DNA of 64,000 nt from Tepidisphaeraceae bacterium (GCA_965198865.1 CBDAQA010000032.1:37571-101570), one strand, 5' to 3'; positions 35,945-45,948 are shown, counted from the first letter of the stretch. Translations and numbers: made by a program. The notes: generated by a model from the sequence alone, not told the origin.

Positions 35945-38900
35945 ATGGCGACCACTGTGACAGACGGATGGAGGCAGGAGCTGGCGATCGCCAGTTGGGG
36001 TCCGCCCACGTTCTTCACCGCTTCCGATGATCTCGTGGTTGCGGGCCGGCCCGTGCCGCAAGCCCACTCGATGCGGCGAGCCTTCGACGACTTAGGCGTC
36101 GATGCGATCGTTTGCTTCAGCAACGCGCCCCTGATTTACTTTCGGGAGGTGGAGCGAGTCGAGGCGGCTGAGGTCAACGAGTTGCACCGCCGATTCTGGA
36201 GCCAGGGGCTCGCACCCGTCCTGGTCCTGATCAGCGACGCGGAGGTGTTCGTCTACTCCGGTCTCGCCCTGCCGGCCCGCGAAGGTGAAACGTTGTTCGA
36301 CCGCGGCGGGGACGACCGGCTCGTCGCGCAGCTAGACCGGGTCACGCAGGCCGCCGAGTTGCGTCAACTCGTTCTCTCGGTGGAATCCGGCGAGTTCTTT
36401 CGCCGTCACTCACGCTCGTTCGATCCAGGACGGAGGGTTGACCGCGAGTTGCTCCGGAACCTGAAGGCCGCCCGCGACGAGATGGATCGGACTAGGAGCG
36501 GAAGGTTAGCACCGGGCGTGCTCGACGCCCTCCTGTGCCGCGTCATCTTCGCCTGTTACCTGTTCGACCGGAAGGTGATTGACCGCGACTACCTAGAGTC
36601 GTGCGGCGTCCAGAATGCCGCTGACCTGCGGGACGTCGTGTGCCTTCCGAAGCGCGAGGCCAGGCATGCGCTCGAACGCCTTTTTGATCAGCTCGGTCGA
36701 GACTTCAATGGCGACCTCTTCCGGGGTGACGTTGGAAGCGAGTGGGGGTCAGTGGACGACGCGCACCTGACGGTTCTGCAACGGATGCTCATCGGGGCTG
36801 ACGTGTGCACGGGCCAAGGCGCGTTCTGGCCGTATGACTTCGGCGTGATCCCCATCGAGACAATCAGTTCGATCTACGAGCATTTCCTGAAAACTGCAGA
36901 CGCCCGGGCCAAAAAAGAGTCCGGAGCTTTCTACACGCCACGGTTCCTGTGTGAGGTCATCCTCGACCTGGCACTTGATGGGATCGGGTCGCTTCTGGGC
37001 AAGCGGTTCCTGGACCCATCCTGCGGCTCTGGCATCTTTCTCGTCGGCCTATTCAACCGCATGGCTGAGGAGTGGAAGCGAGCGAACCCGCGAGCCCGGT
37101 ACGACAGCAGAGCGAACGGACTGATGGGGCTGCTTACGGAGAATCTTTTCGGTGCCGACCTGAACCCGACTGCATGCCACATCACGGCGTTCAGCCTGTA
37201 CCTAGCCTTCCTGGACCAGCTCTCGCCGCCCGACATCCGCAAGCTCCAGGCGAAGGGCAAGTTCCTGCCGCCGCTCGTTTTCTCGCCCGGCGAGGACCCA
37301 TCTAAGGAGCCCGGCCGTTCGGTTCTCCACGGGGACTTCTTCGACGTCGGGCAAGACGTTCCGACAAACTTCGATTTGGTGGTCGGCAACCCACCCTGGA
37401 TGAGCGCGACCAGCGATGCGGTACCGTTCGTCCGCTGGTGCAGAAATGAAAGGCTGCCGCTGCCAGACCGACAGGCAGCCTTGGCGTTCGCGTGGAAGGC
37501 TCCCCGCCACCTGTCTGCCGCCGGGCGATGTTGCCTCGTCCTACCCCACGGTGTCCTATTCAACCATGGACCTGTCTCGCTGAGGTTCCAACACGCTTGG
37601 CTGACGGCCCACGCGGCGGAAGTCGTGCTCAACCTTGCGGACTTTCAGCGGTTCCTGTTCGAGGAGGCGGAAAACCCTGCTGTAGTCATTCGTTATCGCA
37701 AGACGCCGCCGGCCGACGGCGACGCACCGATCCGATACCTGACGCCGAAAATGGATTGGACCGTCGCGCAGGCGGAGCTGCTGAGCATCTACCCTCAGGA
37801 CCAGAAGCCGATCCGCGTGGGGGATGTACTGGCCGACCTCAGGGCGAACGGGATGCCGCTGATCTGGAAGGAGCGGTACTGGGGCACACCGCGGGATTGG
37901 AAGCTGCTCGACCGACTCAAAGAGTTCTCGAAGCTAAGCGCGCTGGCCGGCCGGCGGGCGACCCGCTGGACGGTCGGCCAAGGCTTTCAGAAACCCGGCC
38001 CGAGCGACGGGCCCGACGACCGCAAATCGGTCACGATGCCCACGCGGACCATCGTGGAGGCGAGCGGCGAGCATTTCGCCCTGTTCCTCCTCCCTGCCGA
38101 TTGTGGGCTGCTGCCGTCTGACACCGTGGAGCTGCGTGACCGATCAAACACAAACGTTGAAGTGTTCCGCGGCCCTCACGTTCTCATAACCGACGGCTTT
38201 AAGGTGGCCTTTGCCGACTTTGACGCGACGTTCCGCCAGTCAGTCCGTGGCATCACCGGGCCGATGGCCGACCGCAAGTTGCTCGTGTTCCTTTCGGCCT
38301 ATCTAAATTCCCCGCTCGCGAAATATTACCTGTTCCACACATCGGCGAACCTAGGCGTGGAGCGGGCCAAGGCCGAGTCGGCGGATGTATTGCGGTTGCC
38401 CTTCCCGCTGCCGGAGGACGCGCCCGCCGGTCGCGACGCGGAGGGACTGGTCGACCAAGCTTACGAGATCTACCGGCGGGCCGTAGGGGCTTCGACGGCC
38501 GATGCGTCGGGGCGGCAGAAAATTACCGCGGAGGCGATCAGCGAGCTTTCGGAACTCGTTCTCGCCTACTTCGACGTCGATGACAACGAGCGGATCCTGA
38601 TCGAGGACACGAATGGGGTGCTGTACGGGAGCGCACGCCGCCGCCGCATTGATGAGTCCGTGCCAACCCTCCGTCCCAGCACGCCGGACGATCGCGTTGC
38701 CTATGGGGCGGTCGTCTGCGCGACGATGAACGACTGGGCACGTGGAGGCAAATACGAGGTCCACTCGACCATCCACAGCTCAGACCAAGCGGGGGTCGCG
38801 GTCGCTGTGTTCCACAAGGCACGACGGGGCACTGGCTCAACCCAGGTCGCCACGCCTCCCGACGGTTTTTTGCTAGCTCTAGAGCGGCTTCAAAAGGCGT

Positions 38901-39076
38901 TCCGAGAGGAGCGAGGAACGGTTGAAATGCTTAGGGGCGTCAAGGTGTTCGACGGCGACCGGCTGTACGTCCTCAAGCCTCTGAGTCAACGATTTTGGAC
39001 GCGTACCACCGCCCTGAACGATGCAGACGAAATCGCGGCCGCCATCCTGTCGCCTACTCGGAGGGCTAACGCATGA
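35945..39076 (+). CDS. Large gamma-class N6-adenine DNA methyltransferase (Eco57I/Type IIG-like architecture, 1043 aa)
   Basis: GAFYTPRFLCEVILD, SAM motif I LDPSCGSGIFLV, catalytic motif IV VVGNPPWM, and a long C-terminal TRD-like region. The roughly 330-aa N-terminal domain is unassigned. Confidence 0.85.
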   Translation: MATTVTDGWRQELAIASWGPPTFFTASDDLVVAGRPVPQAHSMRRAFDDLGVDAIVCFSNAPLIYFREVERVEAAEVNELHRRFWSQGLAPVLVLISDAEVFVYSGLALPAREGETLFDRGGDDRLVAQLDRVTQAAELRQLVLSVESGEFFRRHSRSFDPGRRVDRELLRNLKAARDEMDRTRSGRLAPGVLDALLCRVIFACYLFDRKVIDRDYLESCGVQNAADLRDVVCLPKREARHALERLFDQLGRDFNGDLFRGDVGSEWGSVDDAHLTVLQRMLIGADVCTGQGAFWPYDFGVIPIETISSIYEHFLKTADARAKKESGAFYTPRFLCEVILDLALDGIGSLLGKRFLDPSCGSGIFLVGLFNRMAEEWKRANPRARYDSRANGLMGLLTENLFGADLNPTACHITAFSLYLAFLDQLSPPDIRKLQAKGKFLPPLVFSPGEDPSKEPGRSVLHGDFFDVGQDVPTNFDLVVGNPPWMSATSDAVPFVRWCRNERLPLPDRQAALAFAWKAPRHLSAAGRCCLVLPHGVLFNHGPVSLRFQHAWLTAHAAEVVLNLADFQRFLFEEAENPAVVIRYRKTPPADGDAPIRYLTPKMDWTVAQAELLSIYPQDQKPIRVGDVLADLRANGMPLIWKERYWGTPRDWKLLDRLKEFSKLSALAGRRATRWTVGQGFQKPGPSDGPDDRKSVTMPTRTIVEASGEHFALFLLPADCGLLPSDTVELRDRSNTNVEVFRGPHVLITDGFKVAFADFDATFRQSVRGITGPMADRKLLVFLSAYLNSPLAKYYLFHTSANLGVERAKAESADVLRLPFPLPEDAPAGRDAEGLVDQAYEIYRRAVGASTADASGRQKITAEAISELSELVLAYFDVDDNERILIEDTNGVLYGSARRRRIDESVPTLRPSTPDDRVAYGAVVCATMNDWARGGKYEVHSTIHSSDQAGVAVAVFHKARRGTGSTQVATPPDGFLLALERLQKAFREERGTVEMLRGVKVFDGDRLYVLKPLSQRFWTRTTALNDADEIAAAILSPTRRANA

Positions 39077-39780
39077 CGGTTGGCGACGAACAGGTCTGGT
39101 CCGACATCTTCCCGGACGACCTGATACCCAGGATCATCGACCTTGTCTGGGACACTTGGCAAGCCGTCCCGAGTCCCGCCATCAACGACCTCGAAGTGCC
39201 GATCACCCGTCGTTTCAAGCATTCTTTGAAGCAGGCGAAGGACTACCGAAAGCTGCCCGTTCGTATCGAGAGGGAGGCGGTAGAAGACGACCCGAAGACC
39301 GGCGCGGAGTTAGGACGTATAGACCTGAAACTGGTGCCTGCTGGGTCCGCCTTAGAGGAGGTCTACTTCGCGTTCGAGTGCAAGCGGCTGAACGCGGTCG
39401 AACGTGGACGGCCCCGCACGCTCGCCCCCAAGTACGTGACCCAAGGGATGATGCGGTTCGTCGACGGGCGGTACGGCGGCTCGGTCATCCAGGGCGGAAT
39501 GATCGGTTACGTTTTGGACGGCCGGACATCCCACGCGATTAGTCGGGTCGGAAAAAATATCGACAGCCGCCGCACCTTGCTCAGACTGACTGCCGGCCCA
39601 TCGCTGCAACCCTCAACGGTCCGACCCGCCAACACGTTCGTTCGTGAGACGATGCACGTCCTGCCGGATTCCCGCGTGTTCCGCCTGCACCACATCTTCC
39701 TCGCAGGCGCGGGTCATTCATCGGTGCAGGCCAGTGAGCGGCGGCCTAAAGAGGAGAAACGCGAATTGGGACAGGGATGA
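39073..39780 (+). CDS. Putative PD-(D/E)xK nuclease
   Basis: GRIDLKLV ..x20.. FAFECKRL fits D...ExK spacing. ATGA overlap with the methyltransferase gene. Confidence 0.55.
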   Translation: MTVGDEQVWSDIFPDDLIPRIIDLVWDTWQAVPSPAINDLEVPITRRFKHSLKQAKDYRKLPVRIEREAVEDDPKTGAELGRIDLKLVPAGSALEEVYFAFECKRLNAVERGRPRTLAPKYVTQGMMRFVDGRYGGSVIQGGMIGYVLDGRTSHAISRVGKNIDSRRTLLRLTAGPSLQPSTVRPANTFVRETMHVLPDSRVFRLHHIFLAGAGHSSVQASERRPKEEKRELGQG

Positions 39781-39854
39781 TGAGTTCGTCCCGCGTTTTG
39801 GTTGGAGATTCAGCCTGGAGCTCGACCCTAACCGATGGTGGGCGAGCGCCTAGT

Positions 39855-40139
39855 TCAGGGGTGGCTCTCGCCATCGCCAATGGACCGATCCGACCGCCGT
39901 GACGGCCGGGATCTCGCCCGGCCGCCGCGGCGGAACTCCTGGAACGGGCGGTCGTCGGCCATGAACCGCCGGGCCATCTCCCGCAGCAGGTCGGCGTCCG
40001 ACACGTCGGCCCCGTACGCCTGGCGGTAGTAGGCCCGGTACTGCTCCAGGTCGTGCTCCAGATCGTGGTTGATCTCGACCTGTATTTCTTTGCGGGTGGT
40101 TACGTGGAAGGGCGGAAGCGAGATCGTCGTCGTCGGCAT
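39855..40139 (-). CDS. DUF2274-like protein (conserved gene following trbI)
   Basis: DLEQYRAYYRQAYG......LLREMARRFMADDRPFQEFRR matches my recollection of DUF2274. GAAGGAG RBS. Confidence 0.6.
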   Translation of the reverse strand: MPTTTISLPPFHVTTRKEIQVEINHDLEHDLEQYRAYYRQAYGADVSDADLLREMARRFMADDRPFQEFRRGGRARSRPSRRSDRSIGDGESHP

Positions 40140-40163
40140 GGTGGGTCTCCTTCGGGGTTGATG

Positions 40164-41429
40164 TCAGGGGTTAGACGGCGCGTCCGCCTGGCGGTCGTAG
40201 GGGGCGAGGACCAGGTCCTTGTTGACCAGGACGCGCAGCGGCCAGCCCTGGCGGACGGTGATGGTCGGCTGCACGTCCAGCTGACGGTCGATGATCCGGC
40301 TGCCGACGCGGTCGGCCTGCTGGGCGACGGTGTCGCCGATCACGTCCTGGCTGCCGAAGTTGCCGCCGTACCCGCCCTGGCGGCCGCGGGCCAGGTTGCC
40401 GCCGTAGGCGATGGCCGTGCTCAGGGCGGTGGCGGCGGCCAGCTTGTCCAGGTGGTAGTCGACCCGGTCGGCGACGCCGGACGCGCCGGCCTCGTCGGTG
40501 CCGGGCATGCCGGCCAAGGCGATCGAGCGGCCGTCGGGGTAGATCAGCCGCTGCCAGGCGAGCAGGGCCCGGTTCTGGCCGTTGCCCACCAGGCTCTGGT
40601 ACCGGCCGAGCAGGCGGGACCCCTGCGGCACGAGCAGGTGGTCGCCAGTGGCAGAGTCGTACACGTTCTCCGTCACCTGTGCGATCACGTCGCCGGGCAG
40701 GTCGGTGTTGATCGCCGTGACCAGGGCGGCGGGGATGACGCTGCCGGCCTTGAGCTCGTAGGGCGAGACCGGCGGCCGCAGCCGTTCGTTCAGGACCGGC
40801 TCGACCGACCCGGCGCGAGCCAGGAAGGCTTCCCGCTCCTGGTGGATGTCCGGCTTTTGTGGCGTGGCGGGCATCAACGCGGGTCCGGTGTCGGCGGGCA
40901 GGGGCGCAATCAAGCCGGCGTTGGTCGGGGCCGAGCCGGTCGCGGTTGAACCGGTAGGGGCCGACGACGCCGGGGTCACAGCCCGTGCGAACACCAGCGG
41001 CGAGTCGAACGCCGCCTGCTGCTCCTTCTGCTCCCGATCGGTCAGATGCCGATCGGGGGTGGCACCGGCCGGGCCGGTGGAGGCGGGCGCGGGCCGCGTC
41101 GCGGCCGAGCCCATCGACGTAGGGACGGACATGAACGCGTAGTCCGGCGGCAGCTCCTGGACCGACTCGACCGGACCGGCGGGCCGGATGGCGCTCTCCT
41201 CCCCCGCCCCGTCCCGCGGCCGGGTCGGCCCCCGGTTGTCCGACGTGACGGTCAGGGCGGCCAGGGCCAGCCCGCCTGCGGCGACGGCGATCAGGACGAC
41301 CGAGCGGCGGCGGAGCCGCGTCACCGGCGGCCGGGGGCCGTAGGCGAGCAGCGGCGGGTCCGCGTCCAGGCTGGCCGGGTCCAGTGCGGTGGCGACGGGC
41401 GAGCCGTTCCCGTTTGTCGTGGTGGCCAT
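40164..41429 (-). CDS. trbI: TrbI / VirB10
   Basis: SVIPAALVTAINTDLPGDVIAQVTENVYDSATGDHLLVPQGSRLLGRYQS..WQRLIYPDGRSI..GMPGTDEAGASGVADRVDYH. Confidence 0.85.
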   Translation of the reverse strand: MATTTNGNGSPVATALDPASLDADPPLLAYGPRPPVTRLRRRSVVLIAVAAGGLALAALTVTSDNRGPTRPRDGAGEESAIRPAGPVESVQELPPDYAFMSVPTSMGSAATRPAPASTGPAGATPDRHLTDREQKEQQAAFDSPLVFARAVTPASSAPTGSTATGSAPTNAGLIAPLPADTGPALMPATPQKPDIHQEREAFLARAGSVEPVLNERLRPPVSPYELKAGSVIPAALVTAINTDLPGDVIAQVTENVYDSATGDHLLVPQGSRLLGRYQSLVGNGQNRALLAWQRLIYPDGRSIALAGMPGTDEAGASGVADRVDYHLDKLAAATALSTAIAYGGNLARGRQGGYGGNFGSQDVIGDTVAQQADRVGSRIIDRQLDVQPTITVRQGWPLRVLVNKDLVLAPYDRQADAPSNP

Positions 41430-42467
41430 GGCGAGCTCCGATGGTTCAGGGGTGACGTCGGCGCGGGCGATCCCAATGACGGTCTGCGGCGCCTGCCCCA
41501 GCCGCAGCTCGGCCCGGTCGAACAGGCGGTCGACGATGTACCAGTCGCCGCGAACGCGGTAGTTCACCAGCTGGGCGTCACCGTGGCGGCCCAGCACGAA
41601 CAGGGGCGGTGCCTCCGTCACGGCCACCCGGGGCGGGAACTGGACGTACGTCTTGGCCCCGTCGTCGAACGCCCGCAGCGGGCACCAGGGCGGGACCGGC
41701 GCGTGCCGCGGGCGGAGGATCAGGTAGTCGAAGTTGGCCCTGGACAGGTCCAGCCCACGGGCGACTGTCTGGCCGGCGCGATCCCGCTGCTCGGCCGCGG
41801 CGTTGCGGACCGCGACCAAGTCGCCGTACGGGTAGTTCCACGCGATCATCGTGTGGTACGCGCTGCCCCCGTCCGGACTGGTCAGGTCCAGCGCGTACAC
41901 CCGCTGGTCGGTCGTGACCAGCAGGTTGGTGCGCACGCCGGCCCGCCGCGGCTTCACGAGCAGCAGAGTCTGGGCGGTCGGCCCCGACCCTGACTCGACG
42001 CTGTCCACCGCCCACCGGGTCGTGTCGCCGGCGGCGGCCGTGATCAGCCGCTCGCCCGGCCGCAGGGCGATCGTCGTCACGTACCCGGGGCAGGTGACGG
42101 CCGTGTAGACGACGCCCGGGGCGTAGTCGTAATACTGGATCGCGTTCAGGAACCCGTCCGGCGTCGGCTGGGTCGTGGCGGCCGCCTTGGCCGCGGCCAC
42201 CGCGGCCGGGCCGCTCAGCGCGGCGGGCGTGGCGGGGACGAGCGTGTCGGGCGCGAGCGGCCGCAGCTGCGGGCTGGGCACCGCCACCCGCACCTCCACC
42301 ACCTTGGGCGGGGCGTCGTCGGCCGGGTCGTCCAGCTGTCGAACGGCGGCCTTCAGCCGGTCGTCCGGCAGGACGGGGACGGTTGGCGTGTCGCACGACT
42401 CGCAACCGGCCACCGCGAGCGCCGCCAGCAGGCAGGTGTTGTTGATGAACAGTTGGTGTCGGTTCAT
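41430..42467 (-). CDS. trbG: TrbG / VirB9 (lipoprotein signal LAALAVAGC), with no in-frame stop before trbI
   Basis: IQYYDYAPGVVYTAVTCPGYVTTIALRPGE..DTTRW. The 3' end is set at the trbI ATG because the frame continues uninterrupted. Confidence 0.75.
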
Positions 42468-43252
42468 GGCGTGGGTACCCCTGTCGGCGTGGTGGCGGTG
42501 GCGTCGGCGGGCCGGGCCGGGCTCGCCTCGTCCCGGTTGACCGGGCCGGCAAACTCCCGGCTCCAGGTGAAGCTGGTCACGTACGCCCCGATCGGGTTGC
42601 GGAACGCATCGGCCTCGTCCCGGGGCGGGATCAGCCGGACCTGGAACAGTCCGGCATAGCTCTCCCGCGACCGCCGCAGGCCGCCGCCGTAGGTCGTCTC
42701 GACCCAGCGGACCTGGTAGGTGTCGGCCGACCGCAGCAGGATGCTGGTGATCTCGACCGTGCGGGCCGTCGGCCCCTGCCCGGGCGCAGGGCGGACGCCG
42801 CCGTCGGCCGCGGCGTACTCGTTCATGGCGTTCACGGCCGCCCCGGCCAGGAAGTGGTAGGCCGTGGTCCACTGCTGACGGAGGACGACCGGGTCCAGCG
42901 GCCGCCCGCGGGTCAGCCGGACGACCTCGCCGACGAAGTACCCGACCTGGGCCGCGTCCGGCCGGTAGGCCTCGCTGGCCAGCGTGATCCGGCCGGGCAT
43001 GCCGGCCTTATCCACCTCGACCACATACGTGGCGACCTGCTTCTTGACCGCCAGGTAGGTGGCCGCGCCGGTCGAGACCAGTGCCAGGGCCAGGCAGCCG
43101 ACCGCGGTCAGCCGCCAGTGGTGGGCCTGGACGCGGGCCGAGCCGATCCGCTCGTCCCAGGCGGCCGCCGCCCGGGCGTACGCGTCCGGGGGGCCGGCGG
43201 CGTGCGCCCCGGTGTTGGTGCCGTAACTGGTCGTGGACGACGAGAACCTCAT
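42464..43252 (-). CDS. trbF: TrbF / VirB8-like
   Basis: AYARAAAAWDERIGSARVQAHHWRLTAVG plus a single TM helix. ATGA overlaps with trbL and trbG. Confidence 0.8.
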   Translation of the reverse strand: MRFSSSTTSYGTNTGAHAAGPPDAYARAAAAWDERIGSARVQAHHWRLTAVGCLALALVSTGAATYLAVKKQVATYVVEVDKAGMPGRITLASEAYRPDAAQVGYFVGEVVRLTRGRPLDPVVLRQQWTTAYHFLAGAAVNAMNEYAAADGGVRPAPGQGPTARTVEITSILLRSADTYQVRWVETTYGGGLRRSRESYAGLFQVRLIPPRDEADAFRNPIGAYVTSFTWSREFAGPVNRDEASPARPADATATTPTGVPTP

Positions 43253-44358
43253 GGCTTGGCTCCTCCGGTGTTCTTGGTTGCCGACCCTGTCGGCTTGGCA
43301 GGGGTGGACGTGGTGGTGGGCCGGGTGCCAGAGGCGGACGTACCGGCCCGGGCCACGCCGCGGATGCCACGGGCCGCGGCCCCGGCGACCGTGGTTGCCG
43401 CCGAGGCGGCCATCGCCGTCCCGCCCGTCCCGACGGCCGCGGCGGCCTTGACGGCCAGCACGGTCGGCCGGGCGGTCAGGCCGCCGGCCGCCGACCGGTA
43501 CGCCCCGGCCGCGGCGTTGATGGCCGTCCCCACGCCCAGGCTCGGGCCGCCGGTGACCAGGTCGGTCGCCAGCCGGGACGCCGAGAACGCCAGGACGGCC
43601 AGCAGCACGGCCGCCAGGGCGACGCAGAACGCCTGATACGTGGTGACCGTGCTGCCCGGCGGCATCTTGAGCTGTTGGAACACGCCGTTGCCAATCCCCA
43701 GCACGAGCGTCATCACCATCAGCCGCACGCCGGCGGCGACCACGTACCCCAGCGGCCGCTCGGCGATGAACGCCGTCTTGGACAGCACGGCGAACGGGAC
43801 CAGGACGAACGCGGCCAGCGAACCGAACTTGAACGTCAGCACGGCCATGACCACCTGGACCGTGATGACGCAGAACGCGGTCACAATCGCCACCATGGCC
43901 AGGAGCAGGAACGCGATCTCGGGCAGGTTCTTGAACGTGGCCACGGGGCCGCTCAGGCGGCTGACCTGATCGATCAGCGGCTGGATGGTCGTGTACCCCA
44001 GGTAGGCAATGTTGCCCGGCTGGCGGACGTAGTAGTCGGCGTCGTCGAAGCCGCCGGCACGCAGGCCGAGCGTCATGAACGAGGTCGCCAGCTTGTCGGT
44101 CAGGGCCTGCCAGTTCTGGACAAGCCACACGAACAGGCCGATGTAGACCACCTTGCGGGCGAACGCCGCGACCACCTGTTCGTCGCTGGCCGCCCACAGG
44201 ACGGCCGACCAGGCGACGCTGAGGACGATCAGCACGTTCAGCAGGCGGGCGACGTCGCGGCCGATCAGGCCGAAGCCGCTGTTGGCGGCCCGGATGTACT
44301 GGTTGGCCACCTCGTTCAGCAGGTCGGGGCCGTAGTCGAGGGCGAGCAGGGGCAACAT
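43249..44358 (-). CDS. trbL: TrbL / VirB6
   Basis: SGFGLIGRDVARLLNVLIVLSVAWSAVLWA, with multiple TM segments and an Ala/Gly/Thr-rich tail. Confidence 0.85.
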   Translation of the reverse strand: MLPLLALDYGPDLLNEVANQYIRAANSGFGLIGRDVARLLNVLIVLSVAWSAVLWAASDEQVVAAFARKVVYIGLFVWLVQNWQALTDKLATSFMTLGLRAGGFDDADYYVRQPGNIAYLGYTTIQPLIDQVSRLSGPVATFKNLPEIAFLLLAMVAIVTAFCVITVQVVMAVLTFKFGSLAAFVLVPFAVLSKTAFIAERPLGYVVAAGVRLMVMTLVLGIGNGVFQQLKMPPGSTVTTYQAFCVALAAVLLAVLAFSASRLATDLVTGGPSLGVGTAINAAAGAYRSAAGGLTARPTVLAVKAAAAVGTGGTAMAASAATTVAGAAARGIRGVARAGTSASGTRPTTTSTPAKPTGSATKNTGGAKP

Positions 44359-44391
44359 GGATTAGCTCCGTGACGTCGCTAGCAGATACAA

Positions 44392-45126
44392 TCAATTGTT
44401 TGCCAAAGGGAACGCGTCGGCGACTGGCCCGCTTGGGGCAACCGGCGCGTCCCACCCGGCCCGCACGGCCTGCCGCTGCTGGGTCGTGTACGCCGCTTCG
44501 GCCTGATCGCGGGCCAGCCGCTCGACCTCGCCGCGGCCGTCGGTGACCTCCTGGGCCTGGAGCGTCTGAAGCTGGGCGACCAGCGTGGCGAGCGTCTCGT
44601 TGCCGGCTTGCGTCGCGGCCGTGACCCCGGGGGCGGCGTTGCCGCGGCGGACGTACTCGCCGACCCGGTCGGCCGTCGGCTTCAGGGCCGCGTAGGCGGC
44701 GTCCTGCACGGTCCGGTTCTCGACCAGCACGCGCCGGTCCTCGGCGTCCCAGGCCGCCCGCCGGGCCGCCATGGTAGGGTCGGACTCGCCGGCGTAGGTG
44801 CCGGGGCTGGTCGGGTACTGCCGGTCGAGCCCCGGGCCGGGGTCGGTCGACGTGTAGGTCGTCCCGGCCGCCCCGAACACCTGCTGCCACGTCGCCATGT
44901 CCTTCATCAGGTCGGGCAGGCGGGTGTACCCCCACCCCTTGAGCATCGCGACCTGGTTCTGGACCTGCTGGCGGAACTGCTCGACCAGCTGAACGTCCTG
45001 GGTGACCTGGAGGACGGCCTGGGCCAGGTTGGCCGGGTCGATCACGATGTCGGCCATCGCCGCGGCCGGCGCGAGGACGACGGCCGCTGCCGATACGGCG
45101 AGGAGGATCTTGGACCTGCTTGTCAT
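44392..45126 (-). CDS. trbJ: TrbJ / VirB5-like
   Basis: Signal peptide, then IVIDPANLAQAVLQVTQDVQLVEQFRQQVQNQVAMLK. Confidence 0.8.
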   Translation of the reverse strand: MTSRSKILLAVSAAAVVLAPAAAMADIVIDPANLAQAVLQVTQDVQLVEQFRQQVQNQVAMLKGWGYTRLPDLMKDMATWQQVFGAAGTTYTSTDPGPGLDRQYPTSPGTYAGESDPTMAARRAAWDAEDRRVLVENRTVQDAAYAALKPTADRVGEYVRRGNAAPGVTAATQAGNETLATLVAQLQTLQAQEVTDGRGEVERLARDQAEAAYTTQQRQAVRAGWDAPVAPSGPVADAFPLANN

Positions 45127-45159
45127 GACGTCACTCCTGTCAGGATCGATCGACTGTGT

Positions 45160-45948
45160 TCAATGCCCGAACGGCTCGACGGTGTCGCCGCTGGGCGGTG
45201 CCGGGGCGTCCCACCCGTCCCGCACGGCCGCCCGCTGGGCGGCGGCGTAGGCTTGTTCCGATTGGCCACGGGCCAGCTGCTCCGTCCGTAGCCGCGACCG
45301 GGCGAGACGCAGTGTCTGCAGCTTGGCCAGCTCGGCCGAGGTGACGGCCAGCAGGTCGTCGTGGGCCTGGACGGCCGCCGTCTCGCCCGGGGCGGCGTTG
45401 GATGCGGCGACGATTTGCTGGATCCGGTCCCGCGTGTTCGCCATGTCCTGCTCGACCCCGTTCTGCACCCGCCGGTTCTCGGTCAGCGCGGCCCGCTCGG
45501 CGTCGACCCAGCCGGCCTGCTCGGTCGCGTACCGGTCCGCCGCGATGCCGGACAGGTCGGTCGGGTACCGGCCGTTCAGCTGGTCCGCGGGGCTGGTCGG
45601 CCTGTAGACCGTCGCGTCGAGCTGCTTGACGAGGCTCGCGACTGTTGTCGCCGCGTCGGGCGAGACGCCGCCGCGCAGGTGCTTGAGCTCCTGGATCCCG
45701 CCCTGCACCTGCTGGGTCGCCTGCTCGATCTGTTGCGCCAACTGCAGCACCTGCTGGACGTGCTCCACCAGGGCGGAGGGGTCGAAGATGATGAAGTCCA
45801 GGAACGCCGACGCCGGTCGGGCCGGGCCGAGCACGGCGACGACGCCCACCCCGGCGGCAACAAGCAGCACCCTACGCCCCGGCCGCCATGGCCGTGCGAC
45901 TCCCACTCGACCGATCCCGTCCCCAGAACTCAAACTCGAACTGCTCAT
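45160..45948 (-). CDS. Second TrbJ/VirB5-like paralog
   Basis: IIFDPSALVEHVQQVLQLAQQIEQATQQVQGGIQELK, and the same C-terminal motif (R)DGWDAP.PPSG as the neighbour. The start is uncertain: the ATG at 45948 overlaps the trbE 3' end. Confidence 0.65.
   Translation of the reverse strand: MSSSSLSSGDGIGRVGVARPWRPGRRVLLVAAGVGVVAVLGPARPASAFLDFIIFDPSALVEHVQQVLQLAQQIEQATQQVQGGIQELKHLRGGVSPDAATTVASLVKQLDATVYRPTSPADQLNGRYPTDLSGIAADRYATEQAGWVDAERAALTENRRVQNGVEQDMANTRDRIQQIVAASNAAPGETAAVQAHDDLLAVTSAELAKLQTLRLARSRLRTEQLARGQSEQAYAAAQRAAVRDGWDAPAPPSGDTVEPFGH

Noticed and set aside
35945-39076. Calling the 1043-aa methyltransferase a BREX PglX
   Set aside because: No PglZ, BrxC/PglY, BrxL or BrxA/B genes are nearby. 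Its immediate partner is a PD-(D/E)xK-like gene, which fits an R-M-type unit better.
42468-42872. N-terminal 135-aa extension of track ORF 40164-42872, and the first 560 aa or so of track ORF 42464-44935
   Set aside because: The extensions are Arg/Gly/Pro junk and overlap trbF, trbL and trbJ in other frames. The real starts (MNRHQLF.. for TrbG, MRFSSS.. for TrbF) have ATGA coupling with upstream genes.
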